Below, piece by piece: positions 56,301 through 64,000 of a stretch of DNA of 64,000 nt. Position numbers and translations under genes: made by a program. Origin of the DNA: Eledone cirrhosa (taxonomy: Eukaryota); contig OZ024741.1 in NCBI GenBank assembly GCA_964016885.1, positions 397,234,001 through 397,298,000 on the forward strand. The letters are read 5' to 3'. Each line of letters opens with the position of its first letter. The first letter of the stretch is position 1. Below the pieces are notes generated by a model that was not told where the DNA came from, ran no database searches, and worked only from the letters and a program-made list of their open reading frames with translations.

Positions 56301-59300
56301 CTACTTCGTCCTCTCTTACTCTCCCTATCTCTCTCTGTCACTCACTACCTCCATCTCTCTCACTCTCCCCATCTCTCCTTTAACTCACTACCTCCGTCTC
56401 TCTCACTCTCTCCATCTCTCTCTTTCACTCACTACCTCCGTCTCTCTCACTCTCCCCATCTCTCTCTTTCACTCACTACCTCCGTCTCTCTCACTCTCCC
56501 CATCTCACTTTTCACTCACTACCTCCGTCTCTCTCACTCTTCCCATCTCTCTCTTTCACTCACTACCTCCGTATCTCTCACTCTCCCCATCTCTCACTTT
56601 CACTCACTACCTCCGTCTCTCTCACTCTCCCCATATCGCTCTTTCACTCACTACCTCCGTTTCTCTCACTCTCCCCATCTCTCTCCTACACTCACTACCT
56701 CCGTCTATCTCACTCTCCCCATCTCTCTCTTTCACTCACTACCTCCGTCTCTCTTAATCTCCCCCCCTCTCTCTTTCACTCACTACCTCTGCCTCTCTTA
56801 CTCTCCCTATCTCTCTCTTTCACTCACTACCTCCGTCTTTCTCACTCTCCCCATCTCTCTCTTTCTCTCACTACCTCCGTCTCTCTCACTCTCTCCATCT
56901 CACTCTTTCACTCACTACCTCCGTCTTTCTCACTCTCCCATTTCTCTCTTTCACTCACTACCTCCGTCTCTCTCACTCTCCCCATCTCTCTTTTTCACTT
57001 ACTACCTCCGTCTCTCTCACTCTCCCCATCTCTCTCTTTCACTCACTACCTCCGTCTTTCTCACTCTCCCCATCTCTCTCTTTCTCTCACTACCTCCGTC
57101 TCTCTCACTCTCCCCATCTCTCTCTTTCACTCACTACCTCCGTCTCTCTCACTCTCCCCATCTCTCTCTTTCACTCACTACCTCCGATCTCTCACTCTCC
57201 CCGTCTCTCTCTTTCACTCACTACCTCCGTCTCTCTCACTCTCCCCGTCTCTCTCTTTCACTCACTACCTCCGTCTCTCTCTCTCTCCCCGTCTCTCTCT
57301 TTCACTCACTACCTCCGTCTATCTCCCTCTACCCATCTCTCTCTTTCACTCACTACCTCCGTCTGTCTCACTCACTCCTTCTCTCTCTTTCACTCACTTC
57401 CTCCGTCTCTCTCACTCTCCCTATCTCTCTCTTTCACTCACTACCTCCGTCTCTCTCACTCTCCCTACCTCTCTCTTTCACTCACTACCTCCGTCCCTCT
57501 CACTCTCCCCATCTCTCTTTTCACTCACTACCTCCGTCTCTCTCACTCTCCCCATCTCTCTCTTTCACTCACTACCACCGTCTCTCTCACTCTCCCCATC
57601 TCTCTCTTTCACTCACTACGTCCGTCTCTCTCACTCTCCCCATCTCTCTCTTTCACTCACTACCTCCGTCTCTCTTACTCTCCCCATCTCTCTCTTTCAC
57701 TCACTACCTCCATCTCTCTCACTCTCCCATCTCTCACTTTCACTCACTAACTCCATCTCTCTCACTCTCCCAATCTCTCTCACTCTCCCATCTCTCTCTT
57801 TCGCTCACTACCTCCGTCTCTCTCACTCTCCCTATCTTTCTCTCTCACTCACTACCTCCGTCTCTGTCACTCTCCCTATCTCTCTTTCAGTCACTACCTC
57901 CGTCTTTCTCACTCTCCCTACCTCTCTCTTTCACTCTCTACCTCCGTCTCTCTAACTCTCCCCATCTCTCTTTTCACTCACTACCTCCGTCTCTCTCACT
58001 CTCCCCATCTCTCTCTTTCACTCACTACCCCCGTCTCTCTCACTCTCCCCATCTCTCTCTTTCACTCACTACCTCCGTCTCTCTCACTCTCCCCATCTCT
58101 CTCTTTCACTCACTACCTCCCTCTCACTCGCTCTCCCCATCTCTCTCTTTCACTCACTACCTCCGTTTCTTTCACTCTCCCCATATCTCTTTTCCCTCAC
58201 TACCTCCGTCTGTCTCACTCACCCCTTCTCTCTCTTTGACTCACTTCCTCCGTCTCTCTCACTCTCCCCATTTCTCTCTTTCACTCACTACCTCCGTCTC
58301 TCTCACTCTCACCATCACTCTCTTTCACTCACTACCTCCGTCTCTCTCACGCTCCCCATTTCTCTCTATCACTCACTACATCCGTCTCTCTCACTCTCCC
58401 CATCTCTCTCTTTCACTCACTACCTCCGTCTTTCTCACTCTCCCCATCTCTCTCTTTCTCTCACTACCTCCGTCTCTCTCACTCTCCCCATCTCTCTCTT
58501 TCACTCACTACCTCCGTCTCTCTCACTCTCCCCATCTCTCTCTTTCACTCACAACCTCCGATCTCTCACTCTCCCCGTCTCTCTCTTTCACTCACTACCT
58601 CCGTCTCTCTCACTCTCCCCGTCTCTCTCTTTCACTCACTACCTCCGTCTCTCTCTCTCTCCCCGTCTCTCTCTTTCACTCACTACCTCCGTCTATCTCC
58701 CTCTACCCATCTCTCTCTTTCACTCACTACCTCCGTCTGTCTCACTCACTCCTTCTCTCTCTTTCACTCACTTCCTCCGTCTCTCTCACTCTCCCTATCT
58801 CTCTCTTTCACTCACTACCTCCGTCTCTCTCACTCTCCCTACCTCTCTCTTTCACTCACTACCTCCGTCCCTCTCACTCTCCCCATCTCTCTTTTCACTC
58901 ACTACCTCCGTCTCTCTCACTCTCCCCATCTCTCTCTTTCACTCACTACCACCGTCTCTCTCACTCTCCCCATCTCTCTCTTTCACTCACTACGTCCGTC
59001 TCTCTCACTCTCCCCATCTCTCTCTTTCACTCACTACCTCCGTCTCTCTTACTCTCCCCATCTCTCTCTTTCACTCACTACCTCTGCCTCTCTTACTCTC
59101 CCTATCTCTCTCTTTCACTCACTACCTCCGTCTCTCTCACTCTCCCCATCTCTCTCTTTCACTCACTACCTCCGTCTCTTTCACTCTCCCCATCTCTCTT
59201 TTTCACTTACTACCTCCGTCTCTCTCACTCTCCCCATCTCTCTCTTTCACTCACTACCTCCGTCTTTCTCACTCTCCCCATCTCTCTCTTTCTCTCACTA

Positions 59301-62300
59301 TCTCCGTCTCTCTCACTCTCCCCCTCTCTCTCTTTCACTCACTACCTCCGTCTCTCTCACTCTCCCCATCTCTCTCTTTCACTCACTACCTCCGTCTCTC
59401 TCACTTTCCCCATCTCTCTCTTTCACTCACTACCTCCGTCTCTCTCACTCTCCCCATCTCTCTCCTTCACTCACTACCTCCGTCTCTCTCACTCTCCCTA
59501 TCTCTCTCTTTCACTCACTACCTCCGTCTGTCTCACTCACCCCTTCTCTCTCTTTGACTCACTTCCTCCGTCTCTCTCACTCTCCCCATTTCTCTCTTTC
59601 ACTCACTACCTCCGTCTCTTTCACTCTCCCCATCTCTCTTTTTCACTTACTACCTCCGTCTCTCTCACTCTCCCCATCTCTCTCTTTCACTCACTACCTC
59701 CGTCTTTCTCACTCTCCCCATCTCTCTCTTTCTCTCACTATCTCCGTCTCTCTCACTCTCCCCATCTCTCTCTTTCACTCACTACCTCCGTCTCTCTCAC
59801 TCTCCCCATCTCTCTTTTCACTCACTACCTCCGTCTCTCTCACTCTCCCCATCTCTCTCTTTCACTCACTACCACCGTCTCTCTCACTCTCCCCATCTCT
59901 CTCTTTCACTCACTACGTCCGTCTCTCTCACTCTCCCCATCTCTCTCTTTCACTCACTACCTCCGTCTCTCTTACTCTCCCCATCTCTCTCTTTCACTCA
60001 CTACCTCTGCCTCTCTTACTCTCCCTATCTCTCTCTTTCACTCACTACCTCCGTCTCTCTCACTCTCCCCATCTCTCTCTTTCACTCACTACCTCCGTCT
60101 CTTTCACTCTCCCCATCTCTCTTTTTCACTTACTACCTACGTCTCTCTCACTCTCCCCATCTCTCTCTTTCACTCACTACCTCCGTCTTTCTCACTCTCC
60201 CCATCTCTCTCTTTCTCTCACTATCTCCGTCTCTCTCACTCTCCCCCTCTCTCTCTTTCACTCACTACCTCCGTCTCTCTCACTCTCCACATCTCTCTCT
60301 TTCACTCACTACCTCCGTCTCTCTCACTTTCCCCATCTCTCTCTTTCACTCACTACCTCCGTCTCTCTCACTCTCCCCATCTCTCTCCTTCACTCACTAC
60401 CTCCGTTTCTCTCACTCTCCCCATATCTTTTTTCCTCACTACCTCCGTCTGTCTCACTCACCCCTTCTCTCTCTTTGACTCACTTCCTCCGTCTCTCTCA
60501 CTCTCCCCATTTCTTTCTTTCACTCACTACCTCCGTCTCTCTCACTCTCCCCATCTCTCTTATTCACTTACTACCTCCGTCTCTCTCACTCTCCCCATCT
60601 CTCTCTTTCACTCACTACCTCCGTCTTTCTCACTCTCCCCATCTCTCTCTTTCTCTCACTATCTCCGTCTCTCTCACTCTCCCCATCTCTCTCTTTCACT
60701 CACTACCTCCGTCTCTCTCACTCTCCCCATCTCTCTCTTTCACTCACTACCTCCGTCTCTCTCACTCTCCCCATCTCTCTCTTTCACTCACTACCTCCGT
60801 CTCTCTCACTCTCCCCATCTCTCTCTTCACTCACTACCTCCGTCTCACTCGCTCTCCCCATCTCTCTCTTTCACTCACTACCTCCGTTTCTTTCACTCTC
60901 CCCATATCTCTTTTCCCTCACTGCCTCCGTCTGTCTCACTCACCCCTTCTCTCTCTTTGACTCACTTCCTCCGTCTCTCTCACTCTCCCCATTTCTCTCT
61001 TTCACTCACTACCTCCGTCTCTCTCACTCTCACCATCACTCTCTTTCACTCACTACCTCCGTCTCTCTCACGCTCCCCATTTCTCTCTATCACTCACTAC
61101 ATCCGTCTCTCTCACTCTCCCCATCTCTCGCTTTCACTCACTACCTCCGTCTCTCTCACTCTCCCCATCTCTCTCTTTCACTCACTACCACCGTCATTCT
61201 TACTCTCCCCATCTCTCTCTTTCTCTCACTACCTCTGCCTCTCTTACTCTCCCTATCTCTCTCTTTCACTCACTACCTCCATCTCTCTCACTCTCCCCAT
61301 CTCTCCTTTCACTCACTACATCCGTCTCTCTCACTCTCTCCATCTCTCTCTTTCACTCACTACCTCCGTCTCTCTCACTCTCCCCATCTCTCTCTTTCAC
61401 TCACTACCTGCGTCTCGCTCACTCTCCCCATCTCTCTTTTCACTCACTACCTCCGTTTCTCTCACTCTCCCTACCTCTCTCTTTCACTCTCTACCTCCGT
61501 CCCTCTCACTCTCCCCATCTCTCTTTTCACTCACTACCTCCGTTTCTCTCACTCTCCTCATCTCTCTTTCACTCACTACCTCCGTCTCTCTCACTCTCCC
61601 CATCTCTCTCTTTCACTCACTACCTCCATCTCTCTCGCTCTCCCCATCTCTCTCTTTCACTCACTACCTCCGTCTCTCTCACTCTCCCCATCTCTCTCTT
61701 TCACTCACTACCTCCGTCTTTCTCACTCTCCCCATCTCTCTCTTTCTCTCACTACCTCCGTCTCTCTCACTCTCCCCATCTCTCTCTTTCACTCACTACC
61801 TCCGTCTCTCTCACTCTCCCCATCTCTCTCTTTCACTCACTACCTCCGATCTCTCACTCTCCCCGTCTCTCTCTTTCACTCACTACCTCCGTCTCTCTCA
61901 CTCTCCCCGTCTCTCTCTTTCACTCACTACCTCCGTGTCTCTCTCTCTCCCCGTCTCTCTCTTTCACTCACTACCTCCGTCTATCTCCCTCTACCCATCT
62001 CTCTCTTTCACTCACTACCTCCGTCTGTCTCACTCACTCCTTCTCTCTCTTTCACTCACTTCCTCCGTCTCTCTCACTCTCCCTATCTCTCTCTTTCACT
62101 CACTACCTCCGTCTCTCTCACTCTCCCTACCTCTCTCTTTCACTCACTACCTCCGTCCCTCTCACTCTCCCCATCTCTCTTTTCACTCACTACCTCCGTC
62201 TCTCTCACTCTCCCCATCTCTCTCTTTCACTCACTACCACCGTCTCTCTCACTCTCCCCATCTCTCTCTTTCACTCACTACGTCCGTCTCTCTCACTCTC

Positions 62301-63185
62301 CCCATCTCTCTCTTTCACTCACTACCTCCGTCTCTCTTACTCTCCCCATCTCTCTCTTTCACTCACTACCTCCGTCTCTCTCACTCTCCCCATCTCTCTC
62401 TTTCACTCACTACCTCCGTCTCTCTCACTCTCCCCATCTCTCTCCTTCACTCACTATCTCCGTTTCTCTCACTCTCCCCATATCTTTTTTCCTCACTACC
62501 TCCGTCTGTCTCACTCACCCCTTCTCTCTCTTTGACTCACTTCCTCCGTCTCTCTCACTCTCCCCACTTATCTCTTTCACTCACTACCTCCGTCTCTTTC
62601 ACTCTCCCCATCTCTCTTTTTCACTTACTACCTCCGTCTCTCTCACTCTCCCCATCTCTCTCTTTCACTCACTACCTACGTCTTTCTCACTCTCCCCATC
62701 TCTCTCTTTCTCTCACTATCTCCGTCTCTCTCACTCTCCCCATCTCTCTCTTTCACTCACTACCTCCGTCTCTCTCACTCTCCCCATCTCTCTCTTTCAC
62801 TCACTACCTCCGTCTCTCTCACTCTCCCCATCTCTCTCTTTCACTCACTACCTCCGTCTCTCTCACTCTCCCCATCTCTCTCTTTCACTCACTACCTCCG
62901 TCTCACTCGCTCTCCCCATCTCTCTCTTTCACTCACTACCTCCGATTCTTTCACTCTCCCCATATCTCTTTTCCCTCACTACCTCCGTCTGTCTCACTCA
63001 CCCCTTCTCTCACTTTGACTCACTTCCTCCGTCTCTCTCACTCTCCCCATTTCTCTCTTTCACTCACTACCTCCGTCTCTCTCACTCTCACCATCACTCT
63101 CTTTCACTCACTACCTCCGCCTCTCTCACGCTCCCCATTTCTCTCTATCACTCACTACATCCGTCTCTCTCACTCTCCCCATCTC
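32400..63185 (+). repeat. Right-domain higher-order repeat, ~9.1-9.8 kb unit, about 3 copies with internal rearrangements
   Basis: Marker tacttcgtcc occurs at 37397, 46517 and 56308, and ctaaatccg at 35114, 44409 and 54024. Identical 101-aa ORFs start at 34460, 43755 and 53370. ORFs 49719/59554 have offset 9835. Confidence 0.88.
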
Positions 63186-64000
63186 TCGCTTTCACTCACT
63201 ACCTCCGTCTCTCTCACTCTCCCCATCTCTCTCTTTCACTCACTACCACCGTCATTCTTACTCTCCCCATCTCTCTCTTTCTCTCACTACCTCTGCCTCT
63301 CTTACTCTCCCTATCTCTCTCTTTCACTCACTACCTCCATCTCTCTCACTCTCCCCATCTCTCCTTTCACTCACTACATCCGTCTCTCTCTCTCTCCATC
63401 TCTCTCTTTCACTCACTACCTCCGTCTCTCTCACTCTCCCTATCTCTCTCTTTCACTCACTACCTGCGTCTCGCTCACTCTCCCCATCTCTCTTTTCACT
63501 CACTACCTCCGTTTCTCTCACTCTCCCTACCTCTCTCTTTCACTCTCTACCTCCGTCCCTCTCACTCTCCCCATCTCTCTTTTCACTCACTACCTCCGTT
63601 TCTCTCACTCTCCTCATCTCTCTTTCACTCACTACCTCCGTCTCTCTCACTCTCCCCATCTCTCTCTTTCACTCACTACCTCCATCTCTCTCACTCTCCC
63701 CATCTCTCTCTTTCACTCACTACATCCGTCTCTCTCTCTCTCTCCATCTCTCTCTTTCACTCACTACCTCCGTCTCTCTCACTCTCCCTCTCTCTCTCTT
63801 TCACTCACTACCTGCGTCTCGCTCACTCTCCCCATCTCTCTTTTCACTCACTACCTCCGTTTCTCTCACTCTCCCTACCTCTCTCTTTCACTCTCTACCT
63901 CCGTCCCTCTCACTCTCCCCATCTCTCTTTTCACTCACTACCTCCGTTTCTCTCACTCTCCTCATCTCTCTTTCACTCACTACCTCCGTCTCTCGCACTC
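63185..64000 (+). repeat. Repeat of the 61130-61640 variant block (offset ~2058), followed by a ~348-bp local duplication
   Basis: ctctcgctt followed by accaccgtcattcttac occurs at 61130 and 63188. ctgcgtctcgctc occurs at 63466 and 63814. Confidence 0.8.

Larger units (their letters stand above)
1..64000 (+). repeat. Tandem satellite array, 44-bp CT-rich monomer (CTTTCACTCACTACCTCCGTCTCTCTCACTCTCCCCATCTCTCT), ~1,450 copies, running off both window ends
   Basis: The motif cactcactacctccgt recurs about every 44 nt from start to end. Translations repeat every 44 aa (3 monomers = 132 nt). I saw no orientation switch and no non-repeat insertion. Confidence 0.99.

Noticed and set aside
13789-60960. 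The other long overlapping + strand ORFs (up to 1874 aa)
   Set aside because: They overlap in several frames with the same periodic peptide. Starts and stops are sporadic point variants (ctatgt, tttgac, ctaact) copied along with the HORs.
1-64000. CRISPR-like repeat-spacer array or variable-cassette system
   Set aside because: There are no unique spacers, since sequence between conserved cores is the same monomer with point variants. The repeat is not palindromic, and no cas, recombinase or reverse transcriptase gene is present.
1-64000. Telomeric repeat or canonical G-quadruplex array
   Set aside because: No TTAGGG-like unit. The - strand has one GGGG and two GG runs per 44 bp, which does not fit the canonical motif of four G3 runs with short loops.
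1-64000. Embedded transposon, RNA gene, inversion or unique island
   Set aside because: Reading through, I found no departure from the monomer and no purine-rich stretch on + that would signal an inversion. The scarcity of G on + precludes extended stem-loops.
1-64000. Whole array as a sequencing or assembly artefact
   Set aside because: The ordered, hierarchical variants and copy-specific indels look biological. Exact copy number and individual duplications still need read-level confirmation.

Overview
The whole 64-kb window is one head-to-tail tandem satellite array with no flanking unique sequence. The consensus monomer is 44 bp, CTTTCACTCACTACCTCCGTCTCTCTCACTCTCCCCATCTCTCT, present in about 1,450 copies in a single orientation. 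The + strand is about 86% pyrimidine, with one G and one CpG per monomer. The monomer looks like a degenerate (CT)22 microsatellite kept in register. The long ORFs are artefacts: the + strand consensus has no stop codon, and 44 is not divisible by 3, so every frame gives the same 44-aa S/L/H/T/P periodic peptide. I see no credible gene, RNA gene, transposon or CRISPR array. The informative signal is in the monomer variants, which show nested higher-order duplications: ~5.4-5.8 kb on the left, a ~15.2/13.4 kb tandem duplication in the middle, ~9.1-9.8 kb units on the right, and smaller 0.3-2 kb ones. There is also a mosaic patch suggesting gene conversion or template switching. This architecture is typical of eukaryotic heterochromatic satellite DNA, but the organism cannot be identified here. 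Offsets were read by eye from marker variants and the ORF track, and block boundaries are approximate.
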